From: Podarcis bocagei
Taxonomy: Eukaryota
Assembly: GCA_964188305.1 (NCBI GenBank)
Contig: OZ076894.1
DNA length: 64,000 nt
Strand: one strand, 5' to 3'
Shown here piece after piece: positions 1 to 13,391 of the stretch. A model generated the notes under the pieces. The model had not been told where the DNA came from. It saw only the letters and a program-made list of their open reading frames with translations, and searched no databases. Both the position numbers and the translations under genes were made by a program. How positions within the stretch are numbered: the stretch's first letter is position 1; every line of letters starts with the position of its first letter.

Positions 1-1994
1 TTTCCTGTTTAACTGCATTGTGAAGTTTTGTTGAAGCTGTCAGCATTGTTGTATCAGGCTGATTTTTTGTGTGTGGCTGAAGTTTACAACAGATTTTACA
101 ATCATTTTAAAGCACCTGGCACCTGCGTGCAGTTTTTGAGCAGCAAAGATACAAGTTGGCTCCCTGCTGATCTCACAGGGACTGGTGTATGTGCTTATGC
201 GGTTTCACAGGTGTATATGATTCCAGACAACCCCAGGTCAGTTTGCTGTACTGTTTCAGCAGTTGTAAAGATCTGCTCTGTATCTTTCCAAGGAGCTACA
301 AAAGCAGTTCTGAAATAGTATCTTCCCCTTTTTAAATTCTGGGAAATTGTCCTGCTACTCTCGCAACAAAATAAACTCTTATCTAATTACTGCCCCTTTC
401 CTTCACAACCACATAACCTATATTGCATACACAAATATAGTTCTGGGCCTATATTCAGAACTGTGGCCATTGCTCATGAGTTTGCTGTTTCCTGTTGAGC
501 TCAGATGGGTTGTTGCAGAAAATTGAAACTTTTCACCTTTGGGATTCCCCCCTCATGGAATGCTGCAATGATATCACATTGCAAGACCAAGTGATAACCA
601 AAGCTATTATTTACAGAAGTTTAACAGAAGGAAGGGAGCAGTTTGAGCTCTGGATGTGAGTCTGATTGGCTGATTGAATCGGGATCTGATCCAGCTGCGT
701 GTCTCCTGGCTTTGTAAACAAAAAACCAAATACTTGCAGACAGGGATCATAGAGATTTGCCACCTCCATGATTTCTGGCTGCAACCTCTGTGCCAGGAGA
801 TGTCCTGTAATGCTGTCATGGAACTGGGTGGATGGGAGCAGAATAAGCCAGGAATTATTTCTGCTATGTGTGTGTATAGATGCTAAAATGGGACTCTAGT
901 CCATAATGGAAAATTGGGGTGCTATTGCACAGCATCTTGGTGGTTTTTTCTTTGTTATGAGTACATGTGAATATAGGGAAATTTGCACAAGGTTTTGCTT
1001 GTTGGGTCTCTTTGCTACAATAGGATGCTGCTTCAGTTGCAGTAGCAACAGACTCTGTTTATTCCACAACAGCTAACACAAACTTGTAGGAATGGGGTAT
1101 CAGTAAATAACCCTTTGCATTTTATATTCAGATCCTCAATAATTAAATGCAGTCAGCTATTGCCACTCCCGCTGTCCAGAACCTTTCCCATTGGCAGTAA
1201 TAGATGTGCTGATAAGATCTTGTTCTCTTTTAATGCAGATCAGCATGGGATCATAGTAAATCTGTATGTTGCATACATGGTTTTCCAGAAGAAACAAGCC
1301 AAAAAGTTTTATGTGATCAGATGTGCATGAAAGGCCAGAGTGAGAAAATGTCTCTGTGTTAATAATTACACTGTTCCTTAAGTGCTCTGAGTGAAATGAA
1401 TCTTAACCTCAAATCATTTTTTTTACACTTGTGAAGAGTTTCTTTTTTATATTGCATGACCTCATCTCAAGTGAGCAATGTTCTGCAGAGCACCACGCAG
1501 TTGTAAATTATCAATATCTCTGCAATCCTGAACAAAGACTCCAAAATTCTAGTTTTTCTACTGTTGAAAATGAGAGGCTCTTTAGCTGGAAAAATTAGCA
1601 CCACAATGATTCACATAAAGCTGACGCAATTATCTTCTTAAAAACCAGGCATTTGCTGCTTGGCAAGTTTTCTTCTATGGGCCAGATGATCTTGAGTAAA
1701 AGATTAAGTGCAAGCATATGGACATCAACAAACTGATCCATCCTCAAGAAAGAATTCTGAAGGCAATTTTTATAGTGTTGGCCGGCCAGTTTCTATCCTT
1801 GAGTTCATTTTAGCTAAGGGATGTGCACTGGGTCTTTGTCAAAGAAGAATTTGAAGTTTAGTCTACTCCATTTCAGACACTTTTCAGACGCTTACTCTCA
1901 ATATATGTATATGGGTAGAAATGCGCATATGGGAATATCTCTATTTCCTTAAGAGCATGCAAACCATGTAAACTAAGTTGACGGTGAGCTTGGG

Positions 1995-2190
1995 CTAGCG
2001 TAGCTCAATAGCATTAGAATGTTGGCCTGAGACTAGGTTGAGAGGACTAGATCTCTGCTCAATGAAGACTTTATTACCGTATATGGCCTTCAGCAAACTC
2101 ATCCCCTTCAGCCTCAGTTCCCCAGTTTAAAAGTGGAATATTAGTGACTGCAGGGATGTTGTGAGAATGAGTGAGGTTACTACTAAGAAG
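1995..2190 (+). mobile_element. Old MIR/CORE-like SINE remnant
   Basis: Degenerate tRNA-like head (gtagctcaatagcattagaatg) followed by CORE-like 'cagcctcagttcccca...gttgtgagaatga'. Confidence 0.4.
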
Positions 2191-2197
2191 CACACAA

Positions 2198-2198
<1 letters not shown>

Positions 2199-2250
<52 letters not shown>

Positions 2251-2253
2251 TGT
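2199..2253. repeat. (TG)n microsatellite
   Basis: Directly visible. Confidence 0.97.
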
Positions 2254-2254
2254 T

Positions 2255-2378
2255 TCATAGAATCATATAATTGTAGAGCTGGAGGGACCCTGGGGATCAT
2301 TTAGTCCCATACAGTGATCAAACTATCAACCTTGGCATTATCAGTACCATGCTCTAATGGTACTGAACTTTCCAGGCT
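2255..2378 (-). mobile_element. tRNA-derived SINE with CR1-type tail (POM-SINE-like), internally deleted
   Basis: Minus strand reads ...ttagagcatggtactgataatgccaaggttg... (tRNA-Ile-like) and ends in a CR1-type 'ccctccagctctacaattatatgattctatga' tail; same family as 31827-31943. Confidence 0.65.
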
Positions 2379-2487
2379 GACACATCCACATACCGGGTAT
2401 ATACTCAGGGCAGACCCACACCATACATTTAAAGCACATTCAACATACATTCAAAGCTCATGTCTCCCACAAAAAATCCTGGGAATG

Positions 2488-2702
2488 CAGGCTGGATTAC
2501 TGCAGTGCAATCAATGTGGGGCTGCCTTTGAGGATGACCCATAAACTGCAGCTAGTGCAAAACTCAGCAGCTCAACTGCTTACTGGGGCACAATATTATC
2601 ATCCGATTATGCCACTTCTGGGGGGGAAACTGCACTGGCTGCCAGTTGGCTATAATCAAGGTGCAGGAAGTAGTAGTGGTGGTGGTGATGATGATGATGA
2701 TG

Positions 2703-2747
<45 letters not shown>

Positions 2748-3110
2748 GTATTCCACCCAACTGGCTAGGTTGCCCCAGCCACTTTGGGCAGCTTCCAACA
2801 AATATAAAAGCACAATAAAACATCAAACATTAAAAACTTCCCTATACAGGTGTCTTCTAAAAGTTCATGTACAAAGCTCTATGCATCTTGGAACAAGGAT
2901 ACCAGAGATCATCTCATCCCCTACATACCCAACCAATTACTACAGATAACATCCTATTAGGTGGCCCATTCTGCATGACATTGGAATCAAATCTTTAGTG
3001 TGATGGCACCTTCCCTTTGAAACCACCTTCCATTGCATATCAGACAGGGACTCTCTCCATTGTCTTTACAGCAACTGCTAAATATGTTCTTCTTTCAACA
3101 AGCCTTCTAA
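2488..3110 (+). mobile_element. L2-clade LINE 3' fragment, interrupted by a microsatellite and an inverted L2-tail fragment
   Basis: ORF 2516-2818 begins GLPLRMTHKLQLVQNSAAQLLTG...LHWLPV, typical of the L2 ORF2 C-terminus; 2750-2860 is an inverted L2-type tail. Confidence 0.75.
2669..2749. repeat. Compound (GTA)(GGT)(GAT)(AAT)n microsatellite
   Basis: Directly visible. Confidence 0.95.
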
Positions 3111-5199
3111 AATTCTTATCTGAGTTAGGTTCTGCCTTGGAACTGAACTGATTTTATGTATGCGCTGTTATTTTAAATTGACTTTTATATTTACAATTGC
3201 TTTTTTTAAAAATAGGATTTCATATGTGCAATCATTTCAAATGTTGTTTATATATGCAACTGCATATATCTTTATATTGTTAATCATTTTTAAAAATGAA
3301 TTATTATTAATATCGCATTGGGAGATGAGCAGGTGGATGAACCTCCAGTGTTGTGGGTGACATTATTAAAGTTCTATAATACTGTTGTCAGAATAGACAT
3401 TGGGATGGAATTGGCATCTGCGTCTGCCACCAGTAGAGGGGTAGGGCAGTATTGGTACCCTCCTAGAAGCAGTACTGCACTTCCAGGGTGGTAGAGTTCT
3501 GCACTGGCAGTGGCAATGCTGGTATGCATGTGCCTGTGTGGCCACCAACAACCCAAAGTTCCCTCCCAACCTGACTGCTACCATATCCTACTCTGTCCTG
3601 GTAAACACAGTGCTGCCACTAGGAGGGCAGCCATTCTGCCTGCCTTGTACATTGCTGCTGTCTGCTGCTGGGTCTGCTCCTTGTGTTTTGGATGTTGTGG
3701 CCTGTTTTTGCTAATAGGTGGAGAGAAGGCTTCTTGTAAGCAAATAAGGGGCTGCCACCTGCAAGGCAAATGTGATATTGTCCAGGATGAACTGTAGATC
3801 ACTGATGCTATGTTTGAGTGGACTTAACTGGGCATTGTAGTGGTCTGTAGTTTGCTCTTCTAGATCTGTCCCGTAATAGGTTGGTACCAATATGGATTTG
3901 TTTATCCCCCCTCCCCCCGCCTACACACACATTGTTGGGTGGCTACTACAGTCTGAGGAATACCCGAAGTAGATTTTTTAGTTGTGAGTCTCCGGCAAGT
4001 TTAAACAGATTAGGTTGTATTGTAGGACTTGGCAGGAGACAATGAAGTTTGTGTTGCGTGCAGCGGTGGAAGTTTGTCATTCCAAACAATGTTTATTAAG
4101 GAGTCACAGGAGGAGTTCTATGGTTAAGGTGTGTCACATTCTTGGTTAAAAAACATGATGATTCTATTCCTTATTTAGTGATATCACTGTTAAATTTGTT
4201 GTGGAAGATGTCTTGAGTGAGGAAAGTACACACTTTTCACATTTCATAAAATCTGAATGAAGGGCAGCTGAGCTGCAGCAGTTTAAAACTGGACATATTT
4301 TAATGCCGCATAAACAGTGCCAGCTGCAATTAGAGAGTAAAACTATTATTAGGGGGTGCCATCCTATCTGATTCTGCCAAACTTCTCCCAAGTCCTGCAG
4401 CCTACCTCCAATGCTTAATTAACTGTAATTAATAAAGACAACCAGAAGCCGCCTGCTGCAAATATTCTGTGGGTGTCTGCACCTCCAGGCTGCACAGATG
4501 CAAAAAAACAAGCATTGCTCAGGGATCCCCCCCCCCCACTTTGAGCACATTCAATGATAAAGCATATGGAAGGCCCTTTGCAGGTAAAAGCACAGGTTCT
4601 CACCAGCTGTTGAAATGAGTGTGCAAATATTGGGGACAGAGCCAATCATCACACTTTCAATACCTCCTGCACAGCAGCTATTTTTTCACAGATGAAATAT
4701 TTACAAAAAGCTAGGGAATAGATGTGGTAGTAGCAATGATTAGAATTTTTTGTACCAATGCAGGGAAGTGAGAGCCTTTCATATGCATTACGGATGGTGG
4801 CTTAGTTTTAGGACTTTAAATCAGGGTAGCCAATGTGGTGCTCCCCGTCCTGCAATGCAGCTTCCATTATTCCTTGCTGTTGGCCATGCTGTCTGAGAAC
4901 TGGAGGGCACTGGAGTCTAATAATATCTGAGGGCATTAATTTGACTATCACTGGTCTAAGTCTTTCCCCAACAAAACAATACTAGAATGCCATTCTTTAG
5001 CCTTTAACCCTATACCCACTTACCGGTAAGCCCCATTGATCTGAGTAGAAAAATATGAGATCACACTGTTAATATTTTGCAGTGGGTGTGGAACCTCCAG
5101 ATGCTATTTGACTCCCCACTCCCAGCCAGGATAGTCAATGGTTGAAGATGATGGAAGCTGCAGTCCAACAACATCTGTAGGACCACAGGTTCTCCAATA

Positions 5200-5441
5200 C
5201 AGTGGTACCTCGGGTTAAGAACTTAATTCGTTCTGGAGGTCCATTCTTAACCTGAAACTGTTCTTAACCTGAAGCACCACTTTAGCTAATGGGGCCTCCC
5301 GCTGCCGCTGCACTGCCACCATGCGATTTCTGTTCTCATCCTGAAGCAAAGTTCTTAACCCGAGGTACTATTTCTGGGTTAGTAGAGTCTGTAACCTGAA
5401 GTGTCTGTAACCTGAAGCATCTGTAACCCGAGGTACCACTG
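5200..5441 (+). mobile_element. pogo/Tigger-type MITE, family A (242 bp)
   Basis: TIR cagtggtacctcgggtta / taacccgaggtaccactg flanked by TA on both sides; three more copies in the window. Confidence 0.92.
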
Positions 5442-8400
5442 TATATGAATCTCATCTATGAAGCACATGCTGTTCCTCACAAAATCCACAATGCTTGAAA
5501 CCTATTTCATCCCAGAGTAGGAGTTTAGAAGTAGGGGAGCAATAAGTCTGCATGATAGACAACAATATAGTGCCCAAACAAGTGGAACAACCATAAACAC
5601 CCATCCCATTATACCTGAAGCAAAACTGATATGAATGAGTGTTTGAGATTTAAATGCAGTGACAGACTTTACTTTTAGCAGACAATGCCCATCCATTTTG
5701 CCAAACCTTTTGCAACCATGACCTAGGATTTACATTGGCAACTTGGAAATAAGCAAATTATTAGTTCCAAGTACTTCAGTGGTTGAAGTAAAATGCTTTG
5801 TCCCTTAGCCACAATTGTTTGAAATGAAGTAAGGCAAAGAGAAGATCTTGAACTGATTGTTGAGTTTGAGATACTTTTACTGTTGTCATCTTGGAGCTCA
5901 ACATTTCATTGTGCACTATGCAAGTATAATAATTTCTGCTTGTAGATTAAATCAAAGTGACAAAGCAGTCACACTGTCAATTGAAGGGGCAGTGTAGTGT
6001 TTCCCTCCCTTTCAGATAGCAATCTGGTATGAATTACCTAGGATACTAGGGCATGTTACCATGATCCTTACAATGTTCCTGTATGGTAGTTACTGTTGAC
6101 AATTCTGTGAAATAATGGAAGAACAGAAACAAGAGGAATAATAGCCACTTTGGCATTCGGGATGAGGCAGGCTGGAAAGTATGAAAGTGAAGGGATGTAT
6201 CTGGCTACATTTTTAAAAAATGGAAGCTCTCCTAGTAAAATGAGCAGTAAAGACATTTCTTTACATTCTCTATCACCAAGATTGCCTAAAAGTTACTAAC
6301 ACATTGCCAGGTACATCATGCTGTTTCACTTGAATGCCAACAGCACAGCAATAAAGAAATTCATAACAGCTGCATGGTAATTTTATACCGACTCTTTCGG
6401 TACAAGTTTAGGTATGTGCATTTCCTGCCAGGTACCTGGGGAACCTCAGTATTAAAACTCCACTTAACAAGAAACTCTATCTTTATTGTGAAAAGACAAT
6501 GGGAGCCAAAAGTTTAGGATAGAGCAGTATATGGTGGGGGAGTTAGGAAAGGATAAGAACACACTGTTGCAAAACCAATGGCTGCGAGAAGCCAACCTCT
6601 CTGACACAATGACTTTTGAAGAAGAGTGAAAAGTTCCAAAGTCATGTAAGATGACATATAAAACCCAATTCCAGCACTGCATCTTTTGGTATGTCAGGGG
6701 GATTGAAAAAGTGAAACTTTTATTCCCATACTACAATACTGTACTGCTTTTACTATGTAGCCTAAGGAACCTGTAATGACCCCCAGATCTGAGAATCTGC
6801 CCATCTTCTCTTCCTTAACTGATTTGCCTTTGGCATTGTATCATCCTTCCATGCCCATGACTCTTTGTATCCTGGACAATGTCTTCTGGACTTAATTGTA
6901 ATAAATAATATAACTTGTAGCATATCAATTTTTTCTTTGCAACAACTGTTCAGAGCTAACTTAGGTTGTGATCACATTGTAGCTTGCTAAAATTCAGGGC
7001 ACTGTTTAACCATGAGCTAGCTATGTTTTGGGTTCTTTGTAACCTTTAAACACAGTTTGGATTGTAACAATGAGACATGTATGCTTAACATGCAGCTATA
7101 ATCTTGGAAATGTTAAGTTACTAAGCTTTTATGGTACCTATTTAGCTGGAGTGATGTTTGAATGCTCACCGGTTTCTTCCTTGTCTTTCAAGATAAAACA
7201 GGTAGCCTAATGATTAAGTGAGGAAAATAGTAGAAAGTAATATTTCAAGTTTATTCTCTTTTTATCAGACAGGCTTTAAAAAGCAGGATACATCAAACAC
7301 AAATGCTTTTAATGGTAGAGGTGTGAAAACCCCAAAGATTTCTTAGGGAACAGTTAGTACAGAGCTTGATGTTTTAATAATCCATTTTTTTTACTAGTGA
7401 GCTGGAACTGGTGATATTTTTTAAAAAACACACACACATTACTTTCGAATTGTGATAAACAGTAGTTCTCGTTCTTCTTTCATTTTCCTGTCTTGTCTAT
7501 TTAGAGTTCTCTTTAAAAAAACAAAACAAAAAAACAACGCACATTCTCTCTCAACTTTTTATTCTATAATACTTTATTATTCCTAGAACTGATTTGTAAC
7601 TTGACTGAAAAATGTCCCTGACAACCTGTCACACAAATATCAGGTGCCCCTACTTGTGTGAGCAGTACACTCCATTTATGTAAGGCCTCCACTGAATACA
7701 TCCTAGTGTTTGTTGTTTTTATACACCATTTCTATACTTTAAAAGTATCAAAGTAGAATACATTAAAATGAATAATTTAACTGTAAAATACTACAGTATA
7801 ATAAAATTCATAATCTAATCCAGTTTCCTAAAACAAACTGAAAACAATGAGCCATACTAAAAATGGCACATTTGCAATCCCCATATGAAAGCTGATCTCA
7901 CACCAATGAAATTGAAACAAAACCCTTCCGAAATAGAAATAACTTCTGCAGGTGTCATATTTGATAAGGAAGGTAACCAGGCAAATTTCCCTTGGGACCA
8001 AGCTCTACACTGTGGGTGCCACAACAAAGAAGACTGCACTTCTTCCCTTCTCAGACTGGTAAAAACTTGATTCAAAGGCAGAACGCAAAGCATTGCCTTC
8101 TTGACAGTTATCACATGGTGGGGAATAACATATGGGAGAACTTGTTTCGTCAAATACAAAGGCTATTTTTAACAACCCTTTGAAATGTACACAGAAACAT
8201 AGCAGCAGCCAGTACAGTTCAACTAAGATTAACAAGCTTTGGTCATTTCACCCTCTAGAAAATGTGCAGCAGAATTGTCTTCAAGCCACAGTATCTGGAT
8301 CACTTTCACATGTCACCACATTGCAGCAGTCTACCTAGAAGGTTATCTGTGTCCGGTGGCCAGTGGCTGGTGGATCTGATTACAAAAATGGGAATCGTAC

Positions 8401-9471
8401 CAGTTAAATCTTTTGAAGATGGAAAAAGGGAACCAAATATATTCAATAAAAAAATTGCCACAAAAGGGGGCGGGGGGAACACACTATGGAGACTAGATTT
8501 TGATGCTGGAAAATCCATTTATGAAATGTGTTTAATTAATTTTCCCATCAAAAACTATGGGTTGCTATTGTTCAGTTTTGAGATCTTTTGCAAACGGATA
8601 TCAAATGTTCTGAGAAGGGTCCCAAATAATTTGTTTGCTATAGTCCTACATATGTTTAATGGTTCTGGGTTAAAACGTTAACCCCACACTATACAAGTTG
8701 TTGGACTGGAACATGGATACATAGAATTCTAACAAAGACCATGTGAATTTACTCCGTAAGAAGTTGACCATTTTCAGTGCTGCATACATTACATGCTCTT
8801 ATTGATGGCTGTTTTCCAGAAGTCCATTAGTTTTCTGGAAAATAATACTGTGTTAATGCAACGGATCTTTATGATGTGATATCGTAGAGCACATCAGGAT
8901 TCAATGACGTAAGGAAAACAGTGACCCTCAAGCTAAACAATCTGTTTTGCTGATTTAAAAAATAAATAAATCTAAAAATGTTACCTTGTTTCCCCTAATA
9001 ATGCTTTAAGGACATGAGATTGGTTCATTTCAGAATCCACCAATTGAAATGCCTACTTAGGAATTGCCAACATGGCAGCCGCATGTGCTCATCAGTGCTT
9101 GCTTTTGCAGAAGAGGCACACTGTACCTTCAAAAAGAGGCTTTTCACTCTTCCATGCTCTCATAGGCTGAAAACTTCTTCTTGCCCTGCTCAGTCCTGAT
9201 TGGGTGGGATAAATATTTGATGTTGCCCCTTCATTCTGTTCTGGATGCAACATAGGCAAGAGGAAGTGTCTTCCACAGAGCAAAGAATGGTGGTTTTGAT
9301 TTGTATGCCATTCTTCTGTGTAATTTCACAGACACTTCACTAGACGTAACAATCGCAGGATGTTTTTCCTTTTATATCCCCTTTTTATTAAAACCTTCCA
9401 TATTTGCATGATTTTGAGGTCCTGTCTCTTTTGTGATATAGCACATCCACACAGCAGCCATTTTGTGACTG

Positions 9472-9512
9472 GCACCCAGAGGCTCATAATTGCACCCAGA
9501 GGCTCATAATTG
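9472..9512. repeat. Exact 20-bp tandem duplication (gcacccagaggctcataatt x2)
   Basis: Directly visible. Confidence 0.9.
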
Positions 9513-11521
9513 TAATTGCTACGGTCTTAAAAATGTCCTAACAGGTTCTGGATTGTTGTTACTTTTTCTTTTTTGGATGTACTTTGAAAATGTAACATGA
9601 CCAATCCTCTCTATTTTGCTTCTTATTATGGGAAATTTTATATTGTGTTGATACTTTTATGTCAAAAGCAAAATGACATAAAAAAGTAGGTTCGAAATTT
9701 TGTTCTCAATAGCTCTGGGGTATTCTAAAAGCATTGACACCAGGATTCTGGTATATATCCTTGGTTGCAGGAAATGCAGCAACACATTGCCACTTCATGG
9801 AGGAAGTACACTAGTTGGTACTGTACTGTGTGAGTAAGAACAGGGTATTTACAGAGTTACTTGGATAACACACTGCTAGTGCCTAGAATATTTCCTGATA
9901 ACACTTGCAAGGAGTGTGAACAAGCATAGGCATTTGACAGGTAGACTAAGTTTCGGTAGTCAGTTTCAACTTGGATAGGAATGAGTTGAAGGCACTGATG
10001 AAGTTCAAGAAGGTCAAACTGGGGTGACAATGCAATAACCTTTCTCCATTCCAGAAACCATGCTGTTAAATGATAGAAAGGTACAGTTCCTGGAAAGGTG
10101 TGCCAACTGAATGTGCGATTGATGACTGGTACATAGGAATTGGAGGTGCATTCAGGTGGAGATGCTGACTTTACAGGAACAGGGAAGAGTCTCAGTTTGG
10201 GATATGAAGGAGTTGCTCTCATTAAACAGTTCATTGACAGAGAGGTTGCAGGCATAGATAGATAGGTGTCCACAATATTTTACATTGGGTTTCATTACAT
10301 CCACTTTTTCTTTTTTTAACAGTTGCTTTTGTTTGCTGCCACCACCATGGCAGTGCAGGCACAGGTAATTTTGGGCAGCCACTTTCTGGCAACGGAACAT
10401 TCTGGGGTTGGGTGTTTATGGCCAGTATTCCCCCACCTATCAGAATGTTCTTGAAGAACACAAATTCTAGCACATTCTAAGAAAATAAAATGGCAACCTC
10501 CAGGACAAAACTGCTGAAATTAGCTGCTTCTGCAAGAGAAAATGAACCCCACAACACCAGTGGGCCACATTTGGTTGACTTTACCATTCCTTATTAAATT
10601 CATGCATATCTCTAATATATAGCAGGCATTCTGGGATGTGAGCTTCTTGTGCAGGCAGTAACACTAATAAAAACTGATAGCTGCCATTTAGCAATGAATA
10701 GTTGCATAACTGGTATAGCTTGACTTTTGCCTCTGAACAGTTTAGGGCCCATTGCAAGTGAATTCTCATAATCACTCTGACCATATACATCACAGTAGCA
10801 GAAGCCAGATTTGTAGGGACATATTTGTTTTGATTTCATTACCTATCATATTGAAAATAAAAGTACACACTGAATTTAATAGAGTTTGCTTATGATTCTT
10901 AGTCTAGAGATGGCATTACACAGAGTCACGCTAGGTGCTCTCTAAAATTACAAGGAACCAGGAATAATTGGGTGTGCATGTTGGTTCTAGCTGGCTGCTG
11001 AAGCATTTCAAAGATGATTGTTTCATGTTATTTACTTGCATAATGGAAAACTGAGACACTATTTTTTTGTTTATGTAATTTTAAGCATCTAATTGAGTGA
11101 ATGGACCAGTGATGACTCAACTTTAAGAATGCAAACTTGGAGCGTGCAGCTTTTCTGATGAGTCAAATACTCATGTCTTGAAACATAGTGTGTGTTGATG
11201 TCTCTCCGTTTGGCTGGCATGGTGCCTGCATGGATGCTAATCACATTTTGCCTTGAGACATGGAATCTATGTGGTGTTTGTTTATGTCATGGATTAAAAA
11301 AAAAAAGATAGGACTGCCAACCAAGTTATTTTGTCTTATTATTTCTGCCTCCCAGCTGTCATTTTGTTTTCTTTATGTAAATGTGTGTAACAACTTACTT
11401 TCTATGGTTGGTCTCTTATAATTCCCTATGAATCCCCCTCTTAAGTTCACTGACATAAGGAGAAGAAGAATTCTACTACATCAAATTCAGGATACATCTA
11501 GTTCAAATCTTCTTTCTAATA

Positions 11522-11747
11522 CAGTGGTACCTTGGTTCACAAACTTCATCTGTTCCGGAAGTCTGTTCCAAAACCAAAGCGTTCGAAAACCAAGGCGTGC
11601 TTTCCCGTAAAAAGTAATGTAAAAATGGATTAATCACTTCCAGACTTTTAAAAACAACCCCTAAAACAGCAGTTTAACATGAATTTTACTATCTAACAAG
11701 ACCATTGATCCATACAATGAAAGCAACAAACAATGTACTGCAGTCAC

Positions 11748-11778
<31 letters not shown>

Positions 11779-12064
11779 CTCAATCAATCAATCAATCAGT
11801 AGCTGAACTGGGTTACACACAGTCACAAAAACAAAAAAGGAGCAGCAAAAACAAAAATGCAAAATAAACAGCAAAAACAGACAGAACTCAGCGTAACACT
11901 CAAAACGGAAGTGTGGCACTCAAAACAGAAGCGTAACACTCAAAACGGAGTATATTTGGCTTCCGGAAAAAAGTTTGCAAACCGAAACACTTATTTCCGG
12001 GTTTGCAGTGTTTGGGTTCCAAGTTGTTTGAGTACCAAAGCGTTTGAGAACCAAGGTACCACTG
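11522..12064. mobile_element. pogo/Tigger-type MITE, family B (543 bp), with an internal (CAAT)n tract
   Basis: TIR cagtggtaccttggttc / gaaccaaggtaccactg with TA TSD; internal (caat)n at ~11749-11797 and duplicated 'gcgtaacactcaaaacgga'. Confidence 0.9.
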
Positions 12065-12714
12065 TAGTGGCCAACACAGTACTGACTAAGACTTACAATG
12101 GGCAAAAGTGGAGCTCCTTCCTAGCCATCCTGCCTGAAATCCTAACTGGAGATGCTGGGGGAACCTTAGAAAGGACCAGCACACTTAAGTTAAAATCCTA
12201 TTTATACATTTACCTGGAATAAAGTTCCATTGACTAAGTAGACTTGTATAGCACTGCAGTGTTAGGAACGTCCTTTTGTTTAATTTCTTAATTGTCTCCT
12301 AGAGAAAACAAGAAGGTAATAACCTTCTAACATAGCACATATCTTTGAATATACATTGTGGTTCTTCATTGTCAGGTAGAGGTTGAGGTGTCATATTCAG
12401 GCCAAAGACCAAGTAACATGTTGATTGTAGATGAGGACTTTGGTGATAACCTGGTAAAGCATTAATGAAACCATGGTATTAACTACAGCAATGGCTTGGC
12501 CAGTAGACCTATTGAAATTAAGGGACCTAACTTAGGCATGTTCCTTAATTTCTATGCCTTTACTTAAACATAATTGAGTGCCCCCCACCATCATGGAAAA
12601 GGCATTGTTAACTCCCACTGAAAGGAAATCAAATTGTAGTGACAAGATTGTACAACTTTTTAAACATTCTATTTATGGGGGGCCCTTATAAGAACAAGCA
12701 GCCCTGGATTATAG

Positions 12715-12817
12715 CAAAGTTTTCCAAACTTAGGTCCCTGGCTAGCAGGATCAGTGGCCAGGGATGATGAGAATTGTAGTCCAAAAACAGCTGGAGACCC
12801 AAGTTTGGGAAACCTTG
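12715..12817. mobile_element. Short hAT MITE (internally deleted)
   Basis: Perfect 8-bp TSD gattatag (12707-12714, 12818-12825); imperfect TIRs; interior related to the copies at 16080 and 41102. Confidence 0.8.
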
Positions 12818-12851
12818 GATTATAGGGTTCGGTTCTTTTTACCTTAAGGTT

Positions 12852-13257
12852 TTGTTGTTGTTTGTCGTTTAGTCGTGTCCGACTCTTCGTGACCCCATGG
12901 ACCAGAGCACGCCAGGCACTCCTGTTTTCCACTGCCTCCCGCAGTTTGGTCAGGCTCATGTTTGTAGCTTCGAAAACACCGTCCAACCATCTCGTCCTCT
13001 GTCGTCCCCTTCTCCTTGTGCCCTCCATCTTTCCCAACATCAGGGTCTTTTCCAGGGAGTCTTCTCTTCTCCTGAGGTGGCCAAAGTATTGGAGCCTCAG
13101 CTTCACGATCTGTCATTCCATTGAGAACTCAGGGCGGATTTCCTTAAGAATGGATGTGTTTGATCTTCTTGCAGTCCATGGGACTCTCAAGAGTCTCCTC
13201 CAGCACCATAATTCAAAAGCATCAATTCTTCGGCGATCAGCCTTCTTTATGGTCCAG
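12852..13257 (-). mobile_element. 5'-truncated RTE-BovB LINE
   Basis: Minus-strand frame SWTIKKADRRRIDAFELWCWRRLLRVPWTARRSN...YFGHLRRREDSLEKTLMLGKMEGTRRRGRQRTRWLD...AWRALVHGVTKSRTRLND with one in-frame stop; (CAA)n tail; 9-bp TSD cttaaggtt (12843-12851, 13258-13266). Confidence 0.95.
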
Positions 13258-13391
13258 CTTAAGGTTAGGATCATCTTTTTAAAAAAGGAGGAGGAGGAGG
13301 AGGAAGAGGAGGCAGCGCCCATGATTCTCCAAGTTGCAAAAGAGTATTTTACTGGATGGGAGGTCTGCTCACCTTTTTAGGTGGGCGGTGT

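Noticed and set aside
2516-2818. Poly-N/Y/L/I ORFs (also at 24559, 38529, 47436, 48089)
   Set aside because: These are translations of microsatellites.
11155-11184. CTGATGA...GAAAC as another hammerhead
   Set aside because: The intervening sequence cannot form stem II, and no supporting stem I or III is evident.
12862-13380. 172-aa plus-strand ORF
   Set aside because: It is the antisense frame of the BovB fragment.
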